A stretch of 63,669 bases of DNA, filler included, from Octopus bimaculoides (lineage: Eukaryota): assembly GCF_001194135.2 (NCBI RefSeq). It is 4 parts of 4 records of this genome, joined end to end, with 100 filler letters (N's around TTAATTAATTAA, not from the genome) between each part and the next. Parts side by side here need not be neighbours in the genome. Positions count along the whole stretch, not along the records: positions 1 to 28,339 come from NC_068999.1; 3 more parts are not named here. One strand, 5' to 3'. Shown piece by piece: positions 13,087 through 27,474 of the stretch (the stretch's first letter is position 1; every line of letters begins with the position of its first letter). Both the position numbers and the translations under genes were made by a program. The notes beneath the pieces were generated by a model. That model saw only the letters and a list, made by a program, of their open reading frames with translations. It searched no databases and was not told the DNA's origin.

Positions 13087-15380
13087 NNNNNNNNNNNNNN
13101 NNNNNNNNNNNNNNNNNNNNNNNNNNNNNNNNNNNNNNNNNNNNNNNNNNNNNNNNNNNNNNNNNNNNNNNNNNNNNNNNNNNNNNNNNNNNNNNNNNNN
13201 NNNNNNNNNNNNNNNNNNNNNNNNNNNNNNNNNNNNNNNNNNNNNNNNNNNNNNNNNNNNNNNNNNNNNNNNNNNNNNNNNNNNNNNNNNNNNNNNNNNN
13301 NNNNNNNNNNNNNNNNNNNNNNNNNNNNNNNNNNNNNNNNNNNNNNNNNNNNNNNNNNNNNNNNNNNNNNNNNNNNNNNNNNNNNNNNNNNNNNNNNNNN
13401 NNNNNNNNNNNNNNNNNNNNNNNNNNNNNNNNNNNNNNNNNNNNNNNNNNNNNNNNNNNNNNNNNNNNNNNNNNNNNNNNNNNNNNNNNNNNNNNNNNNN
13501 NNNNNNNNNNNNNNNNNNNNNNNNNNNNNNNNNNNNNNNNNNNNNNNNNNNNNNNNNNNNNNNNNNNNNNNNNNNNNNNNNNNNNNNNNNNNNNNNNNNN
13601 NNNNNNNNNNNNNNNNNNNNNNNNNNNNNNNNNNNNNNNNNNNNNNNNNNNNNNNNNNNNNNNNNNNNNNNNNNNNNNNNNNNNNNNNNNNNNNNNNNNN
13701 NNNNNNNNNNNNNNNNNNNNNNNNNNNNNNNNNNNNNNNNNNNNNNNNNNNNNNNNNNNNNNNNNNNNNNNNNNNNNNNNNNNNNNNNNNNNNNNNNNNN
13801 NNNNNNNNNNNNNNNNNNNNNNNNNNNNNNNNNNNNNNNNNNNNNNNNNNNNNNNNNNNNNNNNNNNNNNNNNNNNNNNNNNNNNNNNNNNNNNNNNNNN
13901 NNNNNNNNNNNNNNNNNNNNNNNNNNNNNNNNNNNNNNNNNNNNNNNNNNNNNNNNNNNNNNNNNNNNNNNNNNNNNNNNNNNNNNNNNNNNNNNNNNNN
14001 NNATATATATATATATACATATATAGATGTACATATATATAAACGTTTCATAACAGAAATCTATAAATGTTTACAGTTCACATAACACGTACCAATATCT
14101 TAGGTTGCCTTCATTTGGTAATTGTATTCTAATGCACAAATGTATATTTTGGAAACCTGTGTAATTGACATTTTATATAATGAAATTTTAATACGCTCTC
14201 ATTGACGTATGATCCCCGAAGGCTGATTTATTCGTCAGTGAATCTAAGGGTTATAAACCCGTAGAACAGCAGTCCTCGAAACTCATATCCGACAATATAG
14301 GAACAGAAACGTACTTTGTTACGTGACATTTTATCGCAATCTCAGTTCCAACAAAAAATATTAAACGTTTGTTTATTTCCCTACGATAACAGAATTGTCG
14401 ACATCTCCACAAGATAAACAAATACTACATTTTAAAATATTTAAGAAAATATAAATTGAGATATAGCGAAAGAATTTAATTATACCGAACAAAATAAGTT
14501 TGCACTTACAATTGTAGTGGTAGTTCTGAAATTGAACTGATTATGTAATAATATATATTTTTTTTATAATTTGTTAGCCATTCACTTAAATGATTCTTTC
14601 CTATAAACTGGTCACCTAATCGTTCACTTATTACTTGCCATAATCAATTAACTCGTTGCTTACCTGGAGTCGCAAATGACGACGATATATATCTATACTA
14701 CATCCATTATTTCTGTAGGGCTCATGAGGGTAGAGTACTAAGATAAGAACCCATTAGGGTCGTATTATATGAAACAGTCCATAAAAGGTGCTATATAGTT
14801 TCGTAAATGCGATTCACCCAGAGAATGAACACTATATAAACATGTCGATTTTGGAACACAAGATCTGTTTTCATTCCATTTCGAAATTACCTTAATAGTA
14901 GTTTGGAATTTAACTATTCCTTTTCGGGGTTAAATTTTCAATTATGGCCATATCTTATGTGTTTAAATGTACGGTGTATATATATATATATATATANNNN
15001 NNNNNNNNNNNNNNNNNNNNNNNNNNNNNNNNNNNNNNNNNNNNNNNNNNNNNNNNNNNNNNNNNNNNNNNNNNNNNNNNNNNNNNNNNNNNNNNNNNNN
15101 NNNNNNNNNNNNNNNNNNNNNNNNNNNNNNNNNNNNNNNNNNNNNNNNNNNNNNNNNNNNNNNNNNNNNNNNNNNNNNNNNNNNNNNNNNNNNNNNNNNN
15201 NNNNNNNNNNNNNNNNNNNNNNNNNNNNNNNNNNNNNNNNNNNNNNNNNNNNNNNNNNNNNNNNNNNGGGAGTATTTCTTTGCAGAACATATATGTTACA
15301 GTTGTATAAAGAAACGTACACGCTTATCGAGCGATACTACATAGATGCGCACGCACGTGTATATATGTATATATGTATAT

Positions 15381-15571
15381 GATCGACCGTTGACTGAACA
15401 CTATTCAATTTTTTTCTCCGTGTTTTTTCTCCTTGTCACCGTATTTTTTCTGTTGAAGAGCGTAGCTCGAAACGTCAAAGACTTTCCGTATTCCCGAGCG
15501 TCATACTAATATATACTTTTGTTATTTACACCACCTGTCCTCGTCTGTTGTTATTATTTGTATATTCTCCC
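15381..15571 (+). mobile_element. Hammerhead-bearing ~190-bp element family H2, copy 1
   Basis: Closely similar to 56742-56937; both lie between TA-rich microsatellites and end CTCCC-(AT)n. Confidence 0.8.
15445..15481 (+). ncRNA. Minimal hammerhead-like motif with A6U core variant
   Basis: TTTTT-CTGTTGAA-GAGC(GTA)GCTC-GAAAC-GTC-AAAGA: stem I, variant core, 4-bp stem II, ACGU palindrome, GUC triplet. Confidence 0.55.
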
Positions 15572-15866
15572 ATATATATATATATATATACATATGTGTG
15601 TGGGTGTGTGTGTGTATGTAAGTGTGTGTGTGTGTAAGTGTGTATGTGTGTGTGTGTGTGTGTGTTTTGTGTGTGGGTATAGGTGTGCGTGATGGTTTTT
15701 TTTATCTGTTCATATTTACATAGATAGATCGATAGAAAGGGACTGATCGATACATGCTTTTAGTAAACATACATTTATATTTGCACGTATACACATACAT
15801 ACACAAAGATACTGAAATGTAAATATTGCCATTAGATAAAGAGATAATTATATAAACTATATAACT

Positions 15867-15902
<36 letters not shown>

Positions 15903-18900
15903 TGTGCATACCCATATGCATGTGTTTATTTGCATGATACGCATTTTGCATTACACACAAGACACCCAAAATGTGATCAAAGTTCCTATAGATGTTAACT
16001 TTATAGCCAAACTTGTTTTCTAACACGAGATGTTAATGGTCGTCTTGTTATCAATTTATGAGTTAAACTGACCACTAAAATACGTATGGGACGCGCAATG
16101 TATGTTGTGAAAGTTAAACGTACATCCAAATTCGGTCACATTTTAACTATCCTTTTAGGTAAAACATTTTACATTCCATTTTTGAACCCACATTGAAGAC
16201 ATACTTTCACTAACTTTCCACTAGCTAGGTAGTCAATGTGAGTATCAATTACTTATGTTGTGCTAGAATTGTTGCTTTAGTTTCGCATTATCACATATCC
16301 TGGTCATAGATCTGATTAAATCATATTTATTTAAATGAAATATTTATATGAAACCTTGAAAACTACTGCAATAATGGCTGATACGTTAAACATATAGCAC
16401 AAAGTGTCAATATTACAAGTTCTTTAGGCGGCATGATTTCAGAATCGTTCGCAAGCCTAGCGGCATTTCGTCCGGTCTTACGTTCTCTTAAAAATCCACC
16501 AAATTTGATTTTGCCATTTATCATTTCGGAATTGATAAAATAAATATCAACTGAAGGCTGGGGTCGAACTTGCTGGACTTGTGCGAAACATTTAAATCAA
16601 TTTTACAACCAATGTCTTAAGGCGGCGATCTGGCGGAATGACACAATGCTAAGCGGCATCTCGTCCGTCTTTATTTTCTGAGTCGACATTTTGCCGTGGT
16701 CGACATTCTATTTTATGCTCTCGGGGTCGATGAAATAAGTTACAATAAAGCACTGGAGTCAGGGTATAATCGACCTACCACCTCCCACGAAATTGCTGGC
16801 CTGTTTGAAACCAATATTACACCTAAATTTGGATTCCTAATTCATAGAAATTTCGTTTCGTCCTATCTTTTCATATCAAAGCGTTTCATTTCCACATTAT
16901 TCGTATCTCTTAAATTGAAAGATCTTTCTCGCCATTAATGCATTGGGAACTGAGTGAAGATAAAGCCAAATTATGAAACGTTCCAGATCAGATGTATCTA
17001 AGAATTATTATCATCATTGCATTTTTCGAGAATGTGCTTATATCATTATTAAATTTATATGAATGGAATGGAACTTTCACTTATCGAATATATGGTTTAT
17101 CTCAGTTTTACTTCCTGTGATTGTTTCTTTCAAATAATATACATATCGATGAACGATTATGTGTTCATTAGAGGCTAAGTGTTTCACGAGTTACGGAGAG
17201 TATCATTATTTTGAAAAAAAAAAGTCTCCTCTCATCATACACAAACAAGACTTATCTGAATATATCGAGATTGCATGGCAGAAAATTCAATGATTGTCGC
17301 ACTTTCTTATCCACTTGCTGCAAATATCGAAGCTATGTTATAGGCATTCCACGCCATCCTATACTTTTCTATAGATTTTGCATCACTATCGATTTCGCAT
17401 TTCTAGTTTTCCAGTCTCCAGAAACAGATAAATAAATATTGTATAAGACGAAACAGATCTTCTTGCGACAGGACATATGCACTTATTATTGAAAATTTAA
17501 AATATAATGGATCCATCCTTCTAGAAGTCACTCATCCAACAATAATGACTGTCAAGTGTCGCTCAACGTCTTAGAGAGATAATTTAAAGAGAACATTTCT
17601 GGATAAGGAAACATACGAAGTGGAGGTATCCAAAAGATTGTCTTTGATGATAAATTTCATATATCTAATTTGATTTTGTGCTAAGCCTGTTGATCCTTAT
17701 TTTGCGCGGATAAAATGACCTCAGTCCAGCATATAGGGCCAAGCGAGATTAATGACATAACATACGAACACTCCATCACCAATTGCAGGCACAAAATCAC
17801 TCCTACTAGTTTCTCAACCGGGTAGGAAAGAGAAAGTATTAAGTAAACAGCACCTAATGGATAAATCAATAAGAGTGCATATCTAAATAGAGTGAGTCAC
17901 AAATTCTGAATATCATGTAACTTTCTCAAATATAGAGATGGTTTCTAAGACGCTCATATCAACATATATAAAATATAAATAGCAAGGAATTCACAAATTA
18001 ATTTTTCAGAAGAATGTTATATGGGAGCCTGTAAACTACGACGTATATAAAAAAAAACTGCACTAGATTTACATGCCTTTGATCAAGTATCGTGTAGGGT
18101 TAAATTAAAACAAGTACCGCCAATGTTTGTTGGTACTAATCACAGTAAGACCGCATCTAATACGTCACACATTATTTATATCATTGACCCAAGGAAACAA
18201 TACCAAGAAAACATTATTGAATCTCATGCACAAAATGTATGGAAAGTACGCAGGTATTTACCTATTATTTCATATGACTTTACCAAATCAATGATATATT
18301 GTTTGCCTTGCAAATTTTCTTCACGAATACTTTTTGTAACAGAAGCAGTAAATACATAAATCCTCCACAACAACCTCACTTTTATCAATGTTAATTCAGG
18401 CTGACGATTGAATCCTAGCCGCAGCTCTGCGACGATGCAACACTTGCGTCGGAGAATTCCTGGACACAGACAACGGAAGGCCGTTCATTTCATTGTCATT
18501 ATGTTATTCTCAGACAAACTCAACTGTCTCAACCTTAATTCTCCGGTAACAAAATACGTCGCTGCTGCATTTAATTCTGCTTTATACGGCAATGTACTCA
18601 CATTGGCCTTCATGCGCTCTGTTATGCTTGTCACATCCCTTCCTTTTATCGCTTACATTGTGATCACCTCGTAATATCCACAGTTATTACATAAACCAGA
18701 CATCGTCTCTAGAATATGAAATGCTGTGGTAGATAGCTAATTTAAGGACGTAGAAAGAATGAAATACCAGCCAATACCGTCCAAATTGAGCTGATATCAT
18801 AAATATCAGTGAATTCCTAAGTGCGTTTTGCTTGCTATCAAGGATATGCCAAATCAGTGCCGTTTAAACTTCACCGATGTATAAGAATAGTTATATCAAG

Positions 18901-18975
18901 GAGACTTAGTGGTAGTATTAGAGGTAGTTGTAGTAGAGGTAGTAGTAGTAGTAGCGGCAGCAGCAGCAGCAGCAA

Positions 18976-19011
<36 letters not shown>

Positions 19012-19466
19012 GCATTCTGTCAAAATATACAGGTTGAAAAGAAAATATAACAAAAACAGAAATGAGGAAAATTAGAATGAAAAGAAAATGTAGGTGTTAA
19101 AACGGAAAATTAACAGTATTTTCTGCAACGGATCCAGTAGTTTACCTTCATCCGAGCAGTTAACAATATTTTAGAAGATGCTACTTTACCATACATAAGA
19201 AAGAAGAACAAAAAATTAGAGAAAGAAAGAAAGATATCCACACAAAATTAATAATAACATATGGATCATCAGAGAAAAGTAGAATAAATATAAATCGTTG
19301 ATCAATAAAGAAATATTGGATGGTGTGACAATCAATCTATGTAATCGTGCGCATGTGAAAGATGTGTAAATGTGCGTAAACCACAGTATGCATGTGCATA
19401 CATATACATAGACACATACACATACATGTATAATTATATACACACACACACACACATATATATATG

Positions 19467-19497
<31 letters not shown>

Positions 19498-19932
19498 ATG
19501 TATGTATATATATATATATATATACATANNNNNNNNNNAAAGAAATATTGGATGGTGTGACAATCAATCTATGTAATCGTGCGCATGTGAAAGATGTGTA
19601 AATGTGCGTAAACCACAGTATGCATGTGCATACATATACATAGACACATACACATACATGTATAATTATATACACACACACACACACATATATATATGTA
19701 TATATATATATATATATACATGATGCATATATAGTTGAGCAAGAATATAAGTGCGCATGCTTATGTGAAGTGTACAATGTTATTATTAAACGAAATTCTG
19801 GATATTTCGCTAATGACTGATAACAGACCCACTGTCAGTCTACCAAATGCATTTACGCAAAATACACACGTATGATTTCTTATATTATATTTGAATTAAT
19901 TCAAAAAGATGCTGTTGTGTATTACCCTATGA

Positions 19933-19996
<64 letters not shown>

Positions 19997-20109
19997 CAGC
20001 TAGCTAGCCATCTATCTATATATATATATATATATATATATNNNNNNNNNNNNNNNNNNNNNNNNNNNNNNNNNNNNNNNNNNNNNNNNNNNNNNNNNNN
20101 NNNNNNNNN

Positions 20110-20170
<61 letters not shown>

Positions 20171-20626
20171 TTGTGAGTGTGTGTGTGTAATTGTGCATAC
20201 ACACAGAGATCCCTTCTGGTATATATATATATATTTAGTGGTTACATTTACTTGCCTATGTGACTACACACTCGTCGAATCATGCAATCACACGCGCACA
20301 GACATAAGGAATAGAGAGGCAGACAGTGAAAAAGAGAATTATACATGGAATGAAACTACATATAAATGCGTGTGCATGTCTGTGTGTATGTGTGTGTGGT
20401 TGTGAGTATGTGCGAGTGATTGTGTGTGTGTGTGTGCGCGTGTGTGTCTGTCTGTCTGTCGTTTCGTATAAGCACACTGATCGTGAGCGACGCAATTAAA
20501 GAGAGAGCGAGAAAGAAAGAAACATCAGACTGCCATCATTGTTTATGCTGTTGCTTAGTAGCTCTATGGTTACTACTTCACTAACTAGAAATACTATTGC
20601 ATCACTGAAGCAACTATGTTCTTTCC

Positions 20627-20733
<107 letters not shown>

Positions 20734-22360
20734 TCTACATTTTCCGATTCTTCTTCATTCTCTTCTCTTACTATTTTACTTATTCTCTAATCATTTTTCT
20801 TCCGTCTTGCTCATACTGCGACTATTGCTGCAAATGCAGATCAGGTGAGCAATTCCATTTAACAATCGTTAATCGATGCTTCGTACTCCTCCCATGTAAC
20901 CTTTGGCTATTCCAGGTTTTTTTTCTTCTTTCTGTAATCACCGAACAGCTTTACAAAAGCGGGTTATATTCTTGCCATTGTATTGAAAGCCCAACTTTTG
21001 CCATTGTGATTTGTTCTAATCTATCAGATACCCACAGGATAACTTCATCTTTCCGATTTTCTTTTTTTCGGTCTTCTTTTCTGCACAAGTATTTGCCATT
21101 TGCTTTCAGCAATACTTCTCCATTATTCCAGGTGATTTCTTATTTATTATTTTAAAGCTTCTCTCTTTCATTTATTATTATTTTTTTTTTATTTTAGTTT
21201 TTTTTCCTCATCTGTATTATTTTGAAATCATGTTTTTTTTTTTTCTCTCGACGTTCGTTATTTGTTTCAATTCACTAAGTGCACATCTCTCAGTTGATAT
21301 ACGATAAAACTAACAAAAAGAAAGATAAAATTAAAAATCGATATCTGAAGAAATACGCCTTAACAATGAAACAAACAACAAAAATATTCCCATATTTCTT
21401 CCCATGTAATATTCTTCAGAGTGTCTTTAACACAGTCCCGCATATAAGCTATTTTAAGCTAAATAAGTAAAGAAAGAAAGAAGGAAGGAAAGAAAGAAGT
21501 ATATACAGCNNNNNNNNNNNNNNNNNNNNNNNNNNNNNNNNNNNNNNNNNNNNNNNNNNNNNNNNNNNNNNNNNNNNNNNNNNNNNNNNNNNNNNNNNNN
21601 NNNNNNNNNNNNNNNNNNNNNNNNNNNNNNNNNNNNNNNNNNNNNNNNNNNNNNNNNNNNNNNNNNNNNNNNNNNNNNNNNNNNNNNNNNNNNNNNNNNN
21701 NNNNNNNNNNNNNNNNNNNNNNNNNNNNNNNNNNNNNNNNNNNNNNNNNNNNNNNNNNNNNNNNNNNNNNNNNNNNNNNNNNNNNNNNNNNNNNNNNNNN
21801 NNNNNNNNNNNNNNNNNNNNNNNNNNNNNNNNNNNNNNATATATATATATATATATATATATACACGGTTAAAGAGAGGTATTGCGACGTCATATCCGGT
21901 TGCCAATTATATCCGTTAATAACATTGCGTTTAAAAGCAAAGAGAAAATCGGCGGACTAACTGTACTTGTCATGAGACATGCTCATAGACATTGGAACTC
22001 GAGAATTAGTGCTATGTAAATTTACAGGAAGGATCAAATAAAGTTTCTTCAAATAGTGTAATTTGTAGACTGCAGACACAAAATAATCTGCAGTATTTAG
22101 ATTCACATACTAAAATTAGAGCTGAAATGGCTCGTATTCATTTAAGCGTTATATGTGTGTGTGCATGGTTTAGTAATATAGAGATATTAACGTAATAATG
22201 TCACTGGAATAATGAATTTAAAGGTTTTTTGATTTGCATTACATATTTGAAATACTCGATAACATAAAACACGAACAGTTTAACAGGTACATTATATACG
22301 TGTAAACTTATGCCTATATGAATCAATGTAGCTATATAACCATCTATCTACCAATATAAT

Positions 22361-22407
<47 letters not shown>

Positions 22408-24298
22408 ACTATCTTTCGATCTGTACATCCCCCTCACTGTCTATATACTTATAAGAAGGAGTAAGAGACGCATAAATGCAGAGGAGAGACAAGACACAGC
22501 CAATTGATTTTAGTAATCGAATGGCGATGTAATAGATGTGCGTAAATCCCATGTGAATGATTGCTCCGTCAGTAGACATCATCCTATGATTGTTTCTGCT
22601 TCAGTGACCCAGAAAGATAAAGTTTTTCCTTTTTATTTTAATTTCAATGGAAACTTCCCAATTTTCAAATGAACAGAGTTTAATCGTTAGCTGTGGCTAG
22701 CTATGTATATACATACATCTATATACGCATAAATATACACACACACGTCTACCAAATCCACCGAATTGGCTAGATTTGGTAGATGGAAACTGAAGGGAGC
22801 CCGAAATATTTATATTTATAAATATATATATATATACATATGAATGCGTGTTTCTTTGTGTATGCGTTTGCACGTAAACACTGCTTGGAAACCAGAGGTG
22901 CATTGTTTACAAAAAGAAATCTATAAAAAATGAACCAGGCTTAAAAATAATAATAGGTAGTGTGGTCAATTCATTCGAATTAAGAATTCCTCAAGGTTGT
23001 GTCCCAGCTTGGCCGCTGTTTGAAACCTGAAATAATTAAAATAATATATATATATATATATATATATANNNNNNNNNNNNNNNNNNNNNNNNNNNNNNNN
23101 NNNNNNNNNNNNNNNNNNNNNNNNNNNNNNNNNNNNNNNNNNNNNNNNNNNNNNNNNNNNNNNNNNNNNNNNNNNNNNNNNNNNNNNNNNNNNNNNNNNN
23201 NNNNNNNNNNNNNNNNNNNNNNNNNNNNNNNNNNNNNNNNNNNNNNNNNNNNNNNNNNNNNNNNNNNNNNNNNNNNNNNNNNNNNNNNNNNNNTATATAT
23301 ATATATATATATATATATTGTCTATATAATCAGTATAGAGCTATGTTTACTGCTTCCATAGGAACGAAGATCGATTCATACGCGCAACTGATTCAAGCTT
23401 GAAACAGCTTGATTTGGGGAGGGTATTCACTCGATGCTTTTATACATTTCAGTAGTTATAAGGAAGGAATGAGTACCGTTTTGGGGCCTTGATCCCGATC
23501 ACTACACCTCCCTACACCCACACGCTTACTGATGTGAGACTGCATCTACTTGTTCATTTATTAGCATATTACCTTCCGTACAATCTTGCGGTCCACAAGT
23601 GATGGCAGTCTCTAGTTTCATTGTTGTGACAAGTAGCGAAAGGAAGACGTCTGTGCATCTTAGAAAATAAATTTCTGCAAAATGGTGTATACCTCCACAT
23701 CGTTACACCCACATACAATATTGCGAACAAACACAAACATTAACCTATACAAGATCGCTTAAATAAAGAATACATGGTGGCATATTTTGTGATTGTATGA
23801 CAACATACTGAGCTACTGAGCGTTGATGTTGCTTTCAAATTTTGGCACCAGTTCAGCAAGATTGGAGGAGCGGCTAAGACGATTACATTGATTCCGGTGG
23901 TCAAATGGTGCTTATCTTATGGATCCCGAAAGAATGAAATTTCAAAGTCTACCTCGGCAGACATACTGAATATTAATTCTAACAATAAGTCGGTGAACTG
24001 GCAGACACGCTTCGCAAAATGTTTAGTGATATTTCGTCGTTTTTACTTTCTGAATTCAAATTCCGCTGAGATCGAATTTGCTTTTCATCCTTCTGCGGTT
24101 GATGAAATAAGTAACAATCGATACAATAAAGTTCTCCCCTCATCCGAACTTGCTGAATTTGTGTCGACATTTCAAAGCAATGTTCATAACGTTAATAAAG
24201 AGGAAATTCGAATAGCCTATGATGTGAACAGAATTAGAAAACATAATGACATATGCAAAATAATATTTGAGTATAATTACCATATGTTAAACGCATTT

Positions 24299-24391
24299 AC
24301 AAATAATAGCTTAAAATTTGTATATTTGAAAATTATATTGTTGTTCCAACAAATAATAGCTTAAAATTTGTATATTTGAAAATTATATTGT
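24299..24391 (+). repeat. 43-bp direct tandem duplication, period 50
   Basis: ACAAATAATAGCTTAAAATTTGTATATTTGAAAATTATATTGT at 24299 and 24349. Confidence 0.9.
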
Positions 24392-24759
24392 CTAAACTTA
24401 TTAACATCTAAATTAAGTACAATAATATGGATGCAAAATATTTTGAATAACTCGCATAAAAATATGCTGGCTAACTTTGTTTGTTTCAGGATTGTTGATT
24501 CCTCTAAATTGTTACAGTCAAAACAATGGAGATGGTAGTCGTTGTTGAGCTTGATAACATATAAAAATAAATATAGAGCCTAATATTAAAATTTTAATCT
24601 AATGTTTTTGTTACATTCTGGGAAAATGTTTTATTTTGAATAATTGAATCATTTCCATAATTATCGTAAACGAATTATTTTTACTCAGTATTTTTCCATT
24701 ATTTAATGGAGGACTCTAACATGTTCTGCTTTTTTCTGCAAATATCCAAATCAAACAAA

Positions 24760-25260
24760 TAGCTGCTGTATTAAATTTTCGGAAACGCATCATATATCTG
24801 AACATGGAATGGCAATGTGTTTCCAAAGTGATTTCTGTAATTTGAGGCTCTACATCAGTAATTCGTCGATGCTCATTAAAATTTCAATTCATAATTGAAG
24901 CACAAGTCGTTTAAGTTCAAATGGAATATCTTCAGGGATTAAGGAGATACTTGAATTTATAAGACGTATTTCGTTGTCGTATGCCACAAATGCTACCTTT
25001 CTAGTTTGAGAATAAAATCCAACATCTTCACAATTAGGTGAGTACAATTGCATAGTTGAGAGATATTTACAATTTCTATAGGTAAAACGGGTCTCCTGAT
25101 TTCAAGTATTGATAATATTCAAGGATCAGTGAATCAGAAAATCACCGATTAATATATTCCAGATTTTAAAAGTTCATAATTAATCGGCACATATTGATGA
25201 ATATCAAAACACTTAAATCCATGTTCAATTATTGAATCTTTTATTCAGGTAGTTCTCTCA
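24760..25260 (-). mobile_element. Highly decayed Helitron helicase fragment
   Basis: 'LKSGDPFYL..IVNISQLCNCTHLIVKML..ISLIPEDIPFELKRL' resembles 'LKVGxPIMLLRNL..LCNGTRL..IPRIPLIPxDxPFEFKRL'. Confidence 0.55.
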
Positions 25261-25670
25261 CTCTTAAAATTAGGCAAACTAATTGATATCTGGATAACTT
25301 TCTCGTCATACAAACACTTGTTTCCATCGAGGGCTTATATGCACCACTACTACACTAGTTCGTCAGTCATTGCACGGTGATCGCTTACAAGCTTTAAGCA
25401 TATAAAAGACTATTAATATTTGTTATGTAATTGTAAAATCGACGTACTTGTCACGAAATTGATGAGATGCGGGTTCGAGTCACACGCTTACGAAAAAAAA
25501 TCTACATTTTTCCGTCGAGGTCTTATTTGCCCCATTATTAAAATGTTTTCCTTTGTCGTTGCATGGTTATGGCTCATAAGATTAAAGCATGTAAAATTGA
25601 ATTAGTATTAATAAATTACAAACTAGTAAGAGTCGTTGCAGCTTACTAAAAACCATCACAATGTATACCA

Positions 25671-25712
<42 letters not shown>

Positions 25713-26334
25713 TATATNNNNNNNNNNNNNNNNNNNNNNNNNNNNNNNNNNNNNNNNNNNNNNNNNNNNNNNNNNNNNNNNNNNNNNNNNNNNNNNNNNN
25801 NNNNNNNNNNNNNNNNNNNNNNNNNNNNNNNNNNNNNNNNNNNNNNNNNNNNNNNNNNNNNNNNNNNNNNNNNNNNNNNNNNNNNNNNNNNNNNNNNNNN
25901 NNNNNATATATATATATATATATATCAATATATATTAATGTATGTATGTGTGTATATATATGTATCATATGTATGACTACGTGTGCATATGTATGCTTAT
26001 ATGTATGTGTGTGTGTGTGTGTGTGGTGTATGGTATTTTATGTGAGAAATTATATACATGCACACGTATATATGAACTAACAAACTAAACGCTGTTTATA
26101 TACATTCGTAAATTGAAAACACGGCCAGGTTTTCTTTAAAATATAATTAGCGCTGCTGTGGAATTATAACTTGTGAATAAATCATAAAAGAACCGCGGGA
26201 GATTACACTATCACAGTGCATATATGTTTCTGAAGCCCAATCTTTAATATTCTATTTGAAAAGGAACAGGTGCATACATACACGAGTGTATCTATCTATC
26301 GTTTCTCTCTCTCTCTTTCTCTCTACTTTCTCTC

Positions 26335-26390
<56 letters not shown>

Positions 26391-26655
26391 CGCCTGCCTA
26401 TCTATCTATGTATATATATATATCTATCTGTATGTCTGTCTATATATGTATCTTTCTCTTTATACCTCTCTTTTTATATATATATATATATATATATATA
26501 ATACTGTGTGTGCGTGCGTGTATGTGTGTTCTGAAATATTTGTGGCCTGGTTCATTCGAACTGTGGGGTACCTAACAGCAAGTGTCGACTACAATATCCC
26601 ACCGAGTCGAAGAGAAACCTGCGAGTGGGCTGGTAGACAGAAACTGAAAGCATCG

Positions 26656-26806
26656 AAAGCGGCGAGCTGGAAGAAACGTTAGCACGCCGGGTGAAATGGT
26701 TAGTGGTATTTCGTCTGCCGTTACGTTCTGAGTTAAAATTCCGTCGATGTGGACTTTGCCTTTCATCATTACGTGGTCGATAAATTAAGTACCAGTTATG
26801 CACTTG
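26656..26806 (+). mobile_element. tRNA-derived SINE family C (head AAGGCGGCGAGCTGG)
   Basis: Homologs at 3533-3645, 16440-16560, 16619-16830, 23975-24125 (+) and 55960-56130 (-). Confidence 0.82.
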
Positions 26807-27438
26807 NNNNNNNNNNNNNNNNNNNNNNNNNNNNNNNNNNNNNNNNNNNNNNNNNNNNNNNNNNNNNNNNNNNNNNNNNNNNNNNNNNNNNNNNNNNNNN
26901 NNNNNNNNNNNNNNNNNNNNNNNNNNNNNNNNNNNNNNNNNNNNNNNNNNNNNNNNNNNNNNNNNNNNNNNNNNNNNNNNNNNNNNNNNNNNNNNNNNNN
27001 NNNNNNNNNNNNNNNNNNNNNNNNNNNNNNNNNNNNNNNNNNNNNNNNNNNNNNNNNNNNNNNNNNNNNNNNNNNNNNNNNNNNNNNNNNNNNNNNNNNN
27101 NNNNNNNNNNNNNNNNNNNNNNNNNNNNNNNNNNNNNNNNNNNNNNNNNNNNNNNNNNNNNNNNNNNNNNNNNNNNNNNNNNNNNNNNNNNNNNNNNNNN
27201 NNNNNNNNNNNNNNNNNNNNNNNNNNNNNNNNNNNNNNNNNNNNNNNNNNNNNNNNNNNNNNNNNNNNNNNNNNNNNNNNNNNNNNNNNNNNNNNNNNNN
27301 NNNNNNNNNNNNNNNNNNNNNNNNNNNNNNNNNNNNNNNNNNNNNNNNNNNNNNNNNNNNNNNNNNNNNNNNNNNNNNNNNNNNNNNNNNNNNNNNNNNN
27401 NNNNNNNNNNNNNNNNNNNNNNNNNNNNNNNNNNNNNN

Positions 27439-27474
<36 letters not shown>

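Noticed and set aside
14200-14300. Other CTGANGA occurrences (also about 27590, 35435, 44335, 63520)
   Set aside because: No correctly placed GAAA with complementary stems I-III.
18601-18710. Donor-like GTGAGT / GTAAGT / GTAAGC sites on the minus strand (also about 11915 and 14660)
   Set aside because: Upstream frames are closed or show no recognisable protein; such motifs are expected by chance.
19308-19720. ~200-bp direct duplication (19308-19528 versus 19539-19720)
   Set aside because: Near-identical copies sit on either side of a 10-N gap; most likely an unmerged contig overlap.
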